A DNA stretch of 64,000 bases from Nitrospirales bacterium (GCA_965203295.1 CBDBCZ010000017.1:2432001-2496000), one strand, 5' to 3'; shown: positions 26,301 through 38,535, numbered from the stretch's first letter. The notes: generated from the sequence alone by a model not told the origin. Numbers and translations are program-made.

Positions 26301-29300
26301 GTCAGACTTGCTGGATGCGGCTGGTGGTGTAGCGTCAGACTCGGATGTGGCTGGTGGTGTAGCCTCAGACTCGGATGCGGCTGGTGGTGTAGCGTCAGAC
26401 TCGGATTCGGCTGGTGGTGTAGCGTCCGACTCGGATGTGGCTGGTGATGTAGCGTCAGACTCGGATGCGGCTGGTGGTGTAGCGTCAGACTCGGATGCGG
26501 CTGGTGGTGTAGCGTCAGACTCGGATGCGGCTGGTGGTGTAGCGTCAGACTCGGATGTGGCTGGTGGTGTAGCGTCGGACTCGGATGCGGCTGGTGGTAT
26601 AGCGTCAGACTCGGATGCGGTTGGTGGTGTAGCGTCAGACTTGCTGGATGCGGCTGGTGGTGTAGCGTCAGACTCGGATGTGGCTGGTGGTGTAGCGTCA
26701 GACTTGGATGCGGCTGGTGGTGTAGCGTCAGACTTGCTGGATGCGGCTGGTGGTGTAGCGTCAGACACAGATGCGGCTGGTGGTGTAGCGTCAGACTCGG
26801 ATGCGGCTGGTGGTGTAGCGTCAGACTTGCTGGATGCGGCTGGTGGTGTAGCGTCAGACTCGGATGTGGCTGGTGGTGTAGCCTCAGACTCGGATGCGGC
26901 TGGTGGTGTAGCGTCAGACTCGGATTCGGCTGGTGGTGTAGCGTCAGACTCGGATGTGGCTGGTGATGTAGCGTCAGACTCGGATGCGGCTGGTGGTGTA
27001 GCGTCAGACTCGGATGCGGCTGGTGGTGTAGCGTCAGACTCGGATGCGGCTGGTGGTGTAGCGTCAGACTCGGATGCGGCTGGTGGTGTAGCGTCAGACT
27101 CGGATGCGGCTGGTGGTGTAGCGTCAGACTCGGATGCGGCTGGTGGTGTAGCGTCAGACTCGGATGCGGCTGGTGGCGTAGCGTCAGACTCGGATGTGGC
27201 TGGTGGTGTAGCGTCAGACTCGGATGTGGCTGGTGGTGTAGCGTCAGACTTGGATGCGGCTGGTGGTGTAGCGTCAGACTCGGATGCGGCTGGTGGTGTA
27301 GCGTCAGACTCGGATGCGGCTGGTGGTGTAGCGTCAGACTTGCTGGATGCGGCTGGTGGTGTAGCGTCAGACTTGCTGGATGCGGCTGGTGGTGTAGCGT
27401 CAGACTCGGATGCGGCTGGTGGTGTAGCGTCAGACTCGGATGCGGCTGGTGGTGTAGCGTCAGACTCGGATTCGGCTGGTGGTGTAGCGTCAGACTCGGA
27501 TGTGGCTGGTGGTGTAGCGTCAGACTCGGATGCGGCTGGTGGTGTAGCGTCAGACTCGGATGCGGCTGGTGGTGTAGCGTCAGACTCGGATGCAGCTGGT
27601 GGTGTAGCGTCAGACTCGGATGCGGCTGGTGGTGTAGCGTCAGACTCGGATGCGGCTGGTGGTGTAGCGTCAGACTCGGATGCGGCTGGTGGTGTAGCGT
27701 CAGACTCGGATGCGGCTGGTGGTGTAGCGTCAGACTCGGATGCGGCTGGTGGTGTAGCGTCAGACTCGGATGCGGCTGGTGGTGTAGCGTCAGACTCGGA
27801 TGCGGCTGGTGGTGTAGCGTCAGACTCGGATGCGGCTGGTGGCGTAGCGTCAGACTCGGATGTGGCTGGTGGCGTAGCGTCAGACTCGGATGTGGCTGGT
27901 GGTGTAGCGTCAGACTCGGATGCGGCTGGTGGTGTAGCGTCAGACTCGGATGCGGCTGGTGGTGTAGCGTCAGACTCGGATGCGGCTGGTGGTGTAGCGT
28001 CAGACTTGCTGGATGCGGCTGGTGGTGTAGCGTCAGACTTGCTGGATGCGGCTGGTGGTGTAGCGTCAGACTCGGATGCGGCTGGTGGTGTAGCGTCAGA
28101 CTCGGATGCGGCTGGTGGTGTAGCGTCAGACTCGGATTCGGCTGGTGGTGTAGCGTCAGACTCGGATGTGGCTGGTGGTGTAGCGTCAGACTCGGATGCG
28201 GCTGGTGGTGTAGCGTCAGACTCGGATGCGGCTGGTGGTGTAGCGTCAGACTCGGATGCGGCTGGTGGTGTAGCGTCAGACTCGGATGCGGCTGGTGGTG
28301 TAGCGTCAGACTCGGATGCGGCTGGTGGTGTAGCGTCAGACTTGCTGGATGCGGCTGGTGGTGTAGCGTCAGACTCGGATGTGGCTGGTGGCGTAGCGTC
28401 AGACTCGGATGTGGCTGGTGGTGTAGCGTCAGACTCGGATGTGGCTGGTGGTGTAGCGTCAGACTTGGATGTGGCTGGTGGTGTAGCGTCAGACTCGGAT
28501 GTGGCTGGTGGCGTAGCGTCAGACTCGGATGTGGCTGGTGGTGTAGCATCAGACTCAGATGCGGCTGGTGGTGTAGCGTCAGACTCGGGATGTGGCTGGG
28601 GTAGTATTAAGCCCATCAACACATATAATCGTTCCACTGGGCTTCTCGGCTACAGAAATTAATGTAGATACAAGATAGTAAACAATGCTGATACATGTAG
28701 GTCCTTTGCAAATGCAGTGAGACATATGGTTAAAGGTCATCTAGACAGGAAGTGTTGCAGTAGTGTACTTTTATTAGCCACTTATTAATAATCAATAAGC
28801 ATGGAAGCTTTGAAGTTCTTGGTTAGACACCATCCCTGTGTACATAACACCTTTAACACTGGCTTAAAAATCCATTTGCAGTACAGTAGTGTTGGCATAA
28901 TACATGTACTTGCCTTTGGAACTTTTCTTCTTCTTCTCTGCAGTCTTTGAAACTGTCTGTTTTCCTCTACTTCGCTTCCCAGGCTTTGAGCCTGGTTCAT
29001 TCTCCTTCCCCCTAGGTCTTTTTCCAGCTTTTGTTTTTGGGCCTGAGATGAGGAGAGTAGCATAAAGTACACATGCACATTTGTTTTCATACAAACTGGT
29101 GTGTACCTGCTGTGGTGTTCACAGGGTCCGCCTTGTTTGTTGAGTCCTCAAGAGTAGCTGTCTCACCAAAAGGCAACCAGTCCTCCTTCAAACTTTCTTT
29201 CGTAGTCTTTCATCTCACTCTCAGTACCTGTAATATGTAATGATAGATATAAACATATGAAGTAGTCAAGAGTAAGTAACAGTGCCATTAGCCAAGAGTC

Positions 29301-29602
29301 AGCAACATATAAGTTAGCTACACGTACATCCGCATTGTATGCATGCTACTAACCTAGTTGTAGGCTCAATTTCCCAGCTTTTATGGCATAGTAGAAGCTA
29401 GTCAGGCGCTAGCTCGTGAAAGAACTAGGCTGCCTGCCTCTCATGCTAAGATCAGGCCATGCAAGCGAGCAAGCTCAGCCTATATTAAATACAGGCCGCT
29501 CGCATGTGCAAGCTAGGGCCAGACATCTTAGTTAAAAGCTACACAGTATTAAAACTTACTGCGCTTCTCTTGAAGCTGTTTCAGCTGTTGTCTCAGTGAC
29601 AT
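23310..29602 (-). pseudogene. BEN-domain gene 1 (transposon accessory gene) with very long S/E/D/A/T/P repeat
   Basis: Exons 29560-29602 (MSLRQQLKQLQEKR), ~29107-29227, ~28914-29042 and 23310-28649. C-terminus TLAVKLAKEAIFGENVQKRCTVIG...L...FPQYW...FESVWKSCVDSVGQASKRLR is BEN-like and follows a coiled coil. Frameshifts at ~29185 and ~28588. Confidence 0.75.
24349..28589. repeat. Coding minisatellite, 30/33-bp unit, roughly 140 copies
   Basis: Unit GCTGGTGGTGTAGCGTCAGACTCGGATGCG, with a 33-bp variant GACTTGCTGGATGCG. Encodes (ASESDATPPA)n / (ASSKSDATPPA)n. Confidence 0.98.
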
Positions 29603-30595
29603 TGCGCAATTGTAGCTTCTCGAGAGAATGGCACACAGTCTGCTTTTCCAATCGTTTGACAACTTTTGACACGTCAACGTGTAAACGCTCCGTACCGTTT
29701 TAATTTTATCGTTCTACGTTCCGGTCCGTTTCGGTTTCTTAGTGTTGCGCGCAACACGGAACGCAAACGCTCACACCGTAGAACGACCGTACTACGAAGA
29801 CGGAACGTAAACTTTTTATTGACCGCTACTGTAGGTGGTTCAGTCCCATCGCTGATTCTGACTTTGACATTTAGTATTTCTGCTACCACTCTATGCCTGC
29901 ATACATCATCATGATTGTAACTGTGCACTTGCAATGGATATTTTTCAGACTTCATCAAAATGGTGTGCTACAATTACTTTCCCAGAAATGATTGTGTCTG
30001 TTTATGTCTGATCATGTCAGACCAAACCTCAGTCTGGTCTGACAATTTGTCAGGCACATACAGAAAATTATAATTGTCTCTGGGTTGATGTTTGGATTGA
30101 GCAGCGTATGCATAATTTGAATTGCGGCATATTTTGGAGGTAGTGTTTCAAATATTGGGACACCAAAGTCATTCCTACAGTGTGACAAGAAGTACAGAAA
30201 GTATTATTATTATTATAATGCCTCAGCACCAACAGTACATAGTATCCCTTTGAGTGTGATAAGCTATCAATACGTATGCCTATGCCTAGCAAATGCTTCT
30301 GCATATCGTGGCAGGTGTACACCGCAAGGGGTCACACTTGCCAATAAAGCAATACATGCTTGTGGTAGCTAAATGTCAGGCACTGTCTTTATTATACTAT
30401 TGTGCAAGAATTTAACACAAGAAATTGTGATTCTAGGAATTTATTATGAGTCTAATCTAGCACAAGTCCATGACTAATTATTTTAAGCTGAATCCACAAG
30501 AGGTTTACAACTCCAGGAAATATACTTTGCAAGTAATAGTTAAAGGTCAGATTGGGTGAATAGCATTATAGACTATTAGCTAAAACAACTGTTAA

Positions 30596-31234
30596 CCCTT
30601 TATACCCCGTATTGCGCATGCGCATTACGTCAGTCAATTACCAGAATAATTTAATTACGGCACGAGGACGGTAGTATGTTCGGTTTATGGCTTTGTAACG
30701 AAAGACGGGGGATGACTTGGACTAAACTCTCTACAGAACTGAAGAGTAGAGCTCCCAAGCTTTCATTTGATGTCGGATTCAAGCATGATTGACGGAAGGA
30801 AAGTGCCAAGCGGCAGCGGATTTTCGATACCGAACGATAATTAAATATCATCGCCACTTACTTTCTGGGAATGACGCCCTGAAGGACAAGCGAGACGTCC
30901 ATAGACTTGCAGCGGTATTGTAGGAGACAGCTAGCCATATTTTCGAACTGATACTGCCGTACAATAGCCTAGAATTCTGCTCTATATTTTATCGGTTCGT
31001 GAACAGATGTTATTCATTGCGGATTTTCTCGTGATCTGCCTGGGTAAGTCCCTAAAAATACTGCTAAAATGAAAGAATCTGTCCGCTGGAGCGTCACTAA
31101 CCACAGTGGGGATCTCCCTGGAGCGTCACTTCCCGGTAGAGTCTCGATCATATTCAATGACGTGTACACGCGTCTACGGTAATGTACACGTTCAATATTT
31201 ATGACGTGTGTAGACGTCTACGGGGTTTAAAGGG
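30596..31234. mobile_element. Non-autonomous piggyBac-type element
   Basis: TTAA|CCCTTTATACCCCGTA ... TACGGGGTTTAAAGGG|TTAA: 16-bp TIR with 1 mismatch and TTAA TSD. Confidence 0.85.
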
Positions 31235-31885
31235 TTAATCAGCTAAGTCCACAAATTTAATAGGGTCTGAGCCTTCACTAATTGGCTCTTCTGAGTCTTC
31301 TGGGTTGTGCTGCTGCTGTTGCCTATCAAAATGCTTGTGAAACCTTGGTCTATCTCTTGGGACAAACAAAACAAAAAACTGGCATTTCTCAAAGCCTCCA
31401 CCAAAAGATTCCCTAAATCACTCTTCTGGGTTGTGCTGCTGCTGTTGCCTATCAAACTGCTTGTGACACTGTGATGCAACTAATTTCTGTCCCTACCTTC
31501 TATCGGGAGCACATGAATCAATCATAGGCTCCTACTTGTACACAAGACCGAAACTATTAGTTGAAGTAGCTACATTGATTGATATGTACCTGCACTCAAT
31601 TAGTGCGTGGGCACATAAACACATCACAGCACACGTCAATTAATACCAGGCCTTTCCCCTTGCTTTTTCTCCACGGCCGCAAGGCAAAAGTTGGGGTGGT
31701 AAGGACTGAAAACCTACAGTAGTGGACAAAAAAAAGTTGCCGTTCCGTTTTCGTAGTACGATCGTACAATGGTTAATCAATTGAGCGTTCGGAATACGTA
31801 TGAAAATCGTACTATGTTCCGTGCGTTCCGTTTCGAAATCGTTCCGTTTTGCGTCATTTCAAACACGTGTGAAAGTGCAGCTGCT

Positions 31886-32803
31886 ATGGTTTACAGTACG
31901 TATAAGAAGCAGAGGATTCTTTACCTTCACTTCCGAGGCTTTAAAGCCTCCAACCATAGTGAAATTGTTGCTAGAAGAGAAGATGAAAGCAAGCAGATGG
32001 GGGGTAGCGAAATTTCTCAAGCAGTTTCGGGAAGACGGCACTATTTTGCGGCGGGTCGGCACGGGAAGGCCTTCGAAGGTCACAGCGGAGGTGAAAGCCA
32101 TCGTCGAGGAGCAGATGAGACTCGACGATGAAACTACAGCCTTACAGCTCCACCGACTGCTAACAGAGAAGGGCTACGATTTGACAAGTCGCACTATCCT
32201 TCGTTGTAGGACGCAGCTGGGGTGGACATTCAGGGGCAGCTCGTACTGCCAGCTGATTCGAGTCGCTAATAAGGAAAAGCGTCTCGCGTGGGCCCTGCGA
32301 AACAGAAACGGTACCTTTGAGGATGTTGTCTGGTCGGATGAATCTTCAATTCAGCTTGAGACCCATCGAAGGTTCTGTTGCCGAAAGAAAGGAGAATGGC
32401 CACGCAACAAACCAAGGTTTGTGATAGTAATATGTACGTATGCAGCTAAGCTACACTGATTCCGTTTGCTGCTGATGTGTTTCCGGAGGGATTTCGGTTC
32501 ATGCAAGATAATGATCCGAAACACACGTCAAGACATGGCAAGGCATGGATTGAGAGCAAGGGTCTGAACTGGTGGAAGACGCCAGCGGAATCTCCGGACT
32601 TGAACCCAATCGAGAACCTTCGGCACGAGCTCAAGGAGTTCCTGAGGCGGGAGATTAAGCCTAGGACGAAGGAAGCCCTCGTTGACGGCATTGAGACTTT
32701 TTGGAGAACAGTAGACAAGGCACAATGTGCTCGCTATATACGGCATCTGCGCAAAGTGATTCCACGCGTTATCGAACTAAATGGAGATGCCACTGGGTAT
32801 TGA
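31886..32803 (+). pseudogene. Tc1-like DD34E transposase (frameshift near 31945, internal deletion)
   Basis: GRPSK AT-hook motif, VVWSDES, FMQDNDPKH...SPDLNPIE with 34 residues between D and E. The segment between the first and second catalytic D is too short and follows a probable intron donor at ~32417. Confidence 0.92.
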
Positions 32804-33484
32804 CGTTGTTTCTTATGCAAGTAAATTTTCTCTAACAAGATAAACTGTATATTACTGTCCAATGCATTTATGATATAATACGGCTTATAATATGATACAT
32901 GTAATAAAAAATAGCATGTAAAAGAAAAGCAACAGCAGGCAAAATGAATGTAGACAAGCTTATCGAAGTCTCTTGCATGCTTGTCCAACAGCATTGAAGC
33001 AAACACCCCATAACGCTTTCGAACTCGACTGGGTTTGACCAGTACTGGGAAAATTGGTCAAACATCACTTCTTTTAGAAAGTTTAGTTCGTCGTTTGGTA
33101 GTGCAGGAAGCTCTCTACTTCCGCCAGGAGTGCACTGTGCAAGGACTGCGTCACCAAAGATGGCTTGACGGGCTAACTTCACTGCTAGTGTTCCAGCTTT
33201 ACACTCTCCTCGCAATTTGGGGTGTTCCTGGATGACACGACTGGCTGGCTTCAATTTTTCTTTGTTGATAGCAGAAGACGATAATGCGAGCTATGTTCGC
33301 CTTCCAAAAATGGAAGCTTTGTGGCACCTACAAATCATCCAAATCTGGAAGAATATTGTGAACAAACAATAATCATCCAAATTTGGATGATTTTCGACTG
33401 ATTTTTCCTCTATAGAGACTGAAAGAACAAATTTCATCCAAATATGGAAGAGGTTTTTCTTCCCATTTTGGAAGTCATTTTAAA

Positions 33485-33900
33485 TCTTCCATTATTGGAA
33501 GACTTTGCCCATCCAGTTTTGGAACCTTATTTATAGTCTTCCATTATTGGAAGAGCCTTCTCATCCAGTTTTGGAACTTTATATAAATTAATATAGTCTT
33601 CCATTATCGGAAGAACCTTCTCATCCCGTTTTGGAACTTTATATAGTCTTCCATTATTGGAAGAACATAGTCTTCCGTTATTGGAAGAATCTTCTCATCC
33701 AGTTTTGGAGCATTATATAAATTAACATAGTCTTCCATTATTGGAAGAATCTTCTCATCCAGTTTTGGAACCTTATTTAAATTAATATAGTCTTCCATTA
33801 TTGGAAGAATCTTCTCATCCAGTTTTGGAACCTTATATAAGTTAATATAGTCCTCCGTTATTGGAGAATCTTCTCATCCAGTTTTGGAACTTTATTTAAA
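33485..33900 (-). repeat. Left subterminal array (~60-bp units and shorter variants)
   Basis: Repeats of ATAGTCTTCCATTATTGGAAGAATCTTCTCATCCAGTTTTGGAACC. Confidence 0.95.
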
Positions 33901-33939
33901 TAATACATAATAGATAAACATTTACAAAGAGAGATGGCT

Positions 33940-36654
33940 GAGGCTAAGCTTGCATGATTTATCCATGTTCTTTAAAGCAAGAAACAATGCACAATGTAAC
34001 TTAAAATTATCAATACTCATATGCACGCAAGTTGTCCACGAATTTTCTGCAGCCCAGAATTTGCTTGCTCATAGACTTGCGAGTTTATTTCCTTTACTCT
34101 TTTGTCGGCATATCCATCAAGGCAGTATCCCCTAGAACAGCCTACATGTCCCCGCCAGTGGAACCGGTCAACAAGAAACCGAGTTTTTTGAAAAAAGCGG
34201 GGCTCTCGATTGAGACAGTACATATGCAGTCTGCAGGCATTGTCGTAGATTATCATGTCTGGTGGCTGTGGGAATCGGGTTTTGAAAATTGAAAATGGGT
34301 GTCGTGGTGATTCACATCGCTCCAGAATCTCAAAGCCATAGCATACCCCATGCTGGCAATATATTGTAAAAATTCCTGGAGAAAGGGTCGGATGGCCGTA
34401 GGAGTTCTTCCGGCAAGAGTCTTGCTCCGATCTGCTCGCTACTCTGTCGGCTTCATATGCTGCATCTCCATGGAGCTTTGGTAGGCTGGGAAAAAAGCTA
34501 AGGGGATGTTCTGTTGGTGTAGGGTAGACACTGGTAAGGGGTGGTGAGCCTTGGAATGGTGCAGTAAGAGTACGGAGGAGGAGATGAAGGAGTTTACGAA
34601 CATCTTCTGGTAACACCCCATCTTCAGTTGGACATGTATTGATGAACTGTGCAAGAACTGGTGCATGCTGCTGAATCTCACCTAGCTCTGTATGGTGCAC
34701 TGAGTTTCTCAGATCTATTTGACCATCAGCCACTGCTGTGATGATCTGCAGTACTTTCTTGTGACCAGCTACCTGCAAATGAATTCGGCAATATATTAGT
34801 TATCCATCTCCTGCCTTGGTACAAACGGTCCTACAGTATGTTTGGTTACCTACTGCAGAATAACAATAACATTATTCATACCTGCAAAAGCCCACAGATT
34901 GGTGAGCTTCGAGACAGCTCACTAAGAAAGAGCCGGTATGGTTCTGGAGAACTCCTTCCATTCTCATGCACCAGCCTCTGTATCACTTCTGCAAGAGAAG
35001 AAAGATCCTCTGCTCGTAGCAGCCTGTCTAGTTGCTGCAGGTCAGCAGAAGTCAGCTGAGAAGGATTTCTCAAACGCTTTCTATCCCTTGAATACCCACT
35101 GAACTGGAGAAGCAGTTCTCGAGCTTTTTGACTCCTAATGAGTACCCTCTCCGCATGCTGGCTTCCCGAGATATAGGCTTTCTCTTCTTCTGCAGCTCTA
35201 CCAGATTCAACCTGAAGAAAAGGGGAGATGTGTTACTCATGCGGCTGTTAACAGCTGCAGTGTAGTAGGGCGCATAAAATGAAGATATGCAGTAAAAGTG
35301 TAATATTGTTTCTCTTGGCATACCTGAAACTGTTCCAAAAGGTCCTTCCGGAAACTTATCATGGTACCATCGCAAACCACCACTTTTGGGGTGGGTCCGC
35401 AGAGTGGACAGACAAATGACTCTTGCCAGTTGATATCCTTCTTTCCACTTTCATAGAGGTCATGCAGCTCCCTGAGATAGCCTGGTAGAGGGTATGGAAC
35501 TTTCCTAAGCATAGAAAGAATGTAGTTAGCTATACCCATGATGCTATATATCATATTATTGGGGCAAGCGTGAGCGAGCCCCCCCTTAGTGCTGTGAATG
35601 GCAATTTTGTCTGTCCGTCCGTCCGTCCGTACGGATGCATGGTCCTATATACCGCAAATACTTCAAATACCTATTTCAATGACATGCCCTCGCTCACGCT
35701 CACCCCACAATGCTCTGCATTCACTAGTTATGTACACGGTATACAAAAACATCACTTACTTGTAGGAGTAGCAATGGTAGGTTGGGCTTGCATCTGATTC
35801 TGGCGCACTCTCAAGCTCTATATCTTGCTCCTCACACCATTCCTCAAATGCTCGGACGTGATTGCAGTGCCCACTACACAGAAGGCATTGAAGTTTTGGA
35901 GTACGCTTCCGTCCAATCAGTCCATAACTGCTCCCATCAAATACAGCAGCTAAAAGCGGTTGAAGGGTAAGGATATCAGCAGAGAACCTGACTGTTCTGT
36001 AGGGCCTCATCCTCCTCTTCTCCATGCTCCCTACTGCCAACATCACTAGAAAAGTGAAGGTATTGGAATGCACGCCTGCAGGACAGAATATATAGTACGA
36101 TTATTAATGTTATCCACAGCCATGCACTAGCTATGCATGCATCATGTACTCACCTGTGTATGCAGTAGAGAGAGACCTCTCTATCCTTGAACTGCTGTAG
36201 GTTTTCGGTGATTACAGAACTGGTGGCATGCAGACGCGCACTCTGATCAAGAGATGATGGACATGAGCAGGTTAGGAGCTTCATCTCTGAGGTCTGGTCA
36301 TGAAAGTGTACTGGTTGAAGGAGGCAATAGTCACGAACGAGTTCTCCATTGGAAGCACAGTTTGCCAAGATGAATGCTTCTTGCGGGTGTAGACAAAAGA
36401 AACGACCAGCTGCCTTCAAGTTGCGGACATATACCACATCTTTGGAGAAAGCCCCAACCTATAATGATTTATAATATTATATTGTAATTCTGAGCTACAC
36501 AGGATTAATATATAGCTACTGTCCGACAAACCTTAGCCGGTTGTGCAGTGTGATTACTTTGAACTGTTGTCTTGTGTTTCTGCTTGACATCTGTTGCTGG
36601 ATTCTTCTTCGTCGTCCTAGTTTTCACTTGAATTCCTTTTCTTCTGCTTGACAT
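33940..36654 (-). pseudogene. KDZ (Kyakuja-Dileera-Zisupton)-type transposase, at least 6 exons, frameshifted
   Basis: CPLCGPTPKVVVCDGTMISFRKD; TLSPGIFTIYCQHGVCYGFEIL..CESPRHPF; IIYDNACRLH.YCLNREP..F....F.VDRFHW.GH.GCS.GY; INSQV.EQ.N. N-terminal SWIM-like CSC...CIH. ATG at 36654 splices in frame to the exon at 36153-36459. Confidence 0.85.
35558..35728 (+). mobile_element. Short HINE-like element in an intron of the KDZ gene
   Basis: Subterminal IR GGGGCAAGCGTGAGCGAG / CTCGCTCACGCTCACCCC, (GTCC)n microsatellite, 3' hairpin AATGCTCTGCATT and CTAGT end. Confidence 0.65.
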
Positions 36655-36975
36655 TGTTTCTGCTTCGAGATACCGTTTGACAAAGCTCTACACCTGCTTA
36701 TATATCCAATCTTTCTCCTTGACGTCACCATCATTACTCCAGAGTTGTCAATTAACGCTGCATACTTACAAGCACTGCCGGTACTGCTGTACCAGCGCGT
36801 ACTCGACGTCACCATACAGCTGACTTTAATCTCGAGCGACAAGCGCGCGACCAAGAGAGGTATATAAGCAAACCAATTACCATCAGTCCTATAGCTGTTA
36901 CATGCGCTACAAATTCTCCGAACCCTAAAGAATCTCCGAATTCGAACTCACCTCACTACCGGCGATCCTAGTATT
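36655..36975. promoter_or_regulatory. Putative bidirectional promoter
   Basis: Outward-facing TATATAAG boxes at 36697-36704 (minus) and 36861-36868 (plus). TGACGTCA at 36720-36727 and a second GACGTCACCAT at ~36806. Confidence 0.5.
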
Positions 36976-37919
36976 ATGGCAGGGAAGCGGACCAACGACG
37001 CGAGGGACATCAAGCGGAAGATCGAGAAGGTGCAAAAGGCGTGCGCCGAACTGAAAGATCTAGGTGTAGCAATGGGAGTCATTTACTCATCCAAGAAAAC
37101 GAACGGGCTACACTTCTTTGGAGACCAACGCATCACCTCAGTTGTCGAGATGCACAAAGACGAAATCCTGCTAAATACCGCGTGGTTTGACGACGAGAAT
37201 GAGGATCCAGAACGAATCGAGGATCGTGATCCAGGTTTCATTCTCCCGCCGCTCCCAGCTGAACTGCAAACCCTTAACGGGGTGACGCTCAAGGCAGTGA
37301 TAGCGGGTCTCGTCAATGATCTGGGCTTAACTTGGAAGTCTGAAAAACCATGCTGGTGGCCTTCTGAGTTTCCCTTTCGACACCCAAAAACGCCACCAGA
37401 AAATTGTGGTAAGTGCGGCCTATATTCTAATTATAGCCTCCGTAGTGGCGCTGCAACGCAGGTACTTAATTAAAAAGCTTATGTTTGTATTTACTGTCAC
37501 CATATTAAACTTTTCCCCTAACTACAGGCAACTGGAGTAATGGAATGCGTCGCATTATTGCAGCATGTTACAGCTACTATGGCCACAGTGTAGGTGACTA
37601 TGTCCTACCAGAACTAGAAGACCCTAGGGAAAGGAAGATTATACCTGATGACTTGAGTCACCCACCCATGCCTCCAATTACCCCACTTCGGACTTCCACG
37701 CCACGGCATTCGAGCAACCTTCTGACTTCTCCCTGCGTCCTCAGTCCTCTACCCCCAACACCACGACGCCCGACTTCTGCCACCCTAAGTCCTCTACCAC
37801 CAACACCACAATGTCGCCAGGTTTCAACACAGTCCCCTCCATTCAAGAGAACCAAACTATCACATAATCCCAAACAGTTCACTCCACTGGCTGTACGTAG
37901 ACCTAGAAGGAATCTGTAG
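36976..37919 (+). CDS. NRF1/EWG-like DNA-binding-domain protein, 274 aa, two exons (36976-37408, 37528-37919), apparently intact
   Basis: A GT-AG intron joins the two ORFs in frame. Motifs LHFFG...SVV, ILPPLP, KPCWWPSEFPF and NWSNGMRRIIAACYSYYG parallel NRF1 FKVFG...NVV, LPPL, KPIWWPEDIPW and SWTQALRTIVKNCYKQHG. Pro/Ser/Thr-rich basic tail. Confidence 0.8.
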
Positions 37920-38032
37920 ATGATGTCTTAATCCTGTTTTTAGTGGTTTATATAGGTTTGGTAATGTGTGTTGTGTGAACATTATAAAAGTTTCAACACT
38001 GGATGACAAATTTAATTTAAATGACCAATATC

Positions 38033-38535
38033 AGATGAGAAGATTCTTCCAATAATGGAAGACTATATTAATTTAAATAAGGTTCCAAAACTGGATGAGA
38101 AGATTCTTCCAATAATGGAAGACTATATTAATTTAAATAAGGTTCCAAAACTGGATGAGAAGATTCTTCCATTAATGGAAGACTATATTATTTTAAATAA
38201 GGTTCCAAAACTGGATGAGAAGATTCTTCCAATAATGGAAGACTATATAAAGTTCCAAAACTGGATGAGAAGATTCTTCCAATAATGGAAGACTATATTA
38301 ATTTAAATAAGGTTCCAAAACTGGATGAGAAGATTCTTCCAATAATGGAAGACTATATCATTTTAAAGAAGGTTCCAAAACTGGATGAGAAGATTCTTCC
38401 GATAATGGAAGACTATGTTAATTTATATAAAGTTCCAAAACTGGATGAGAACATTCTTCCGATAATGGAAGACTATATTAATTTATACAAAGTTCCAAAC
38501 TTGGATGTGAAGGTTCTTCCAATAATGGAAGATTT
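38033..38535 (+). repeat. Right subterminal array, ~8 units of 60 bp
   Basis: AATAATGGAAGACTATATTAATTTAAATAAGGTTCCAAAACTGGATGAGAAGATTCTTCC repeated, in inverse orientation to the left array. Confidence 0.97.

Larger units (their letters stand above)
23150..29831. mobile_element. Truncated Tc1-family element (one TIR only) carrying BEN gene 1; left boundary approximate
   Basis: Ends ...CGTACTACGAAGACGGAACGTAAACTTTTTATTGACCGCTACTG|TA, which resembles the TIR at 41087-41136. No matching left TIR or transposase is seen. Confidence 0.7.

Noticed and set aside
28590..28637. ORF-track start MERLYVLMGL for the 1775-aa protein
   Set aside because: A GTG start inside an exon. The spliced frame (KAEKPSGTIICVDGLNTTPATS) plus a 1-bp insertion at ~28588 explains the region better.
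24140..28662. 1469-aa His/Pro ORF (minus) and 1499-aa DAAGGVASDS ORF (plus)
   Set aside because: Shadow frames of a stop-free 30/33-bp repeat. Only the third frame runs into a recognisable domain (BEN).
30613..30624. Canonical NRF1 site TGCGCATGCGCA
   Set aside because: It lies in the piggyBac MITE outside the KDZ element. The motif is common in such repeats and nothing links it to the NRF1-like gene.
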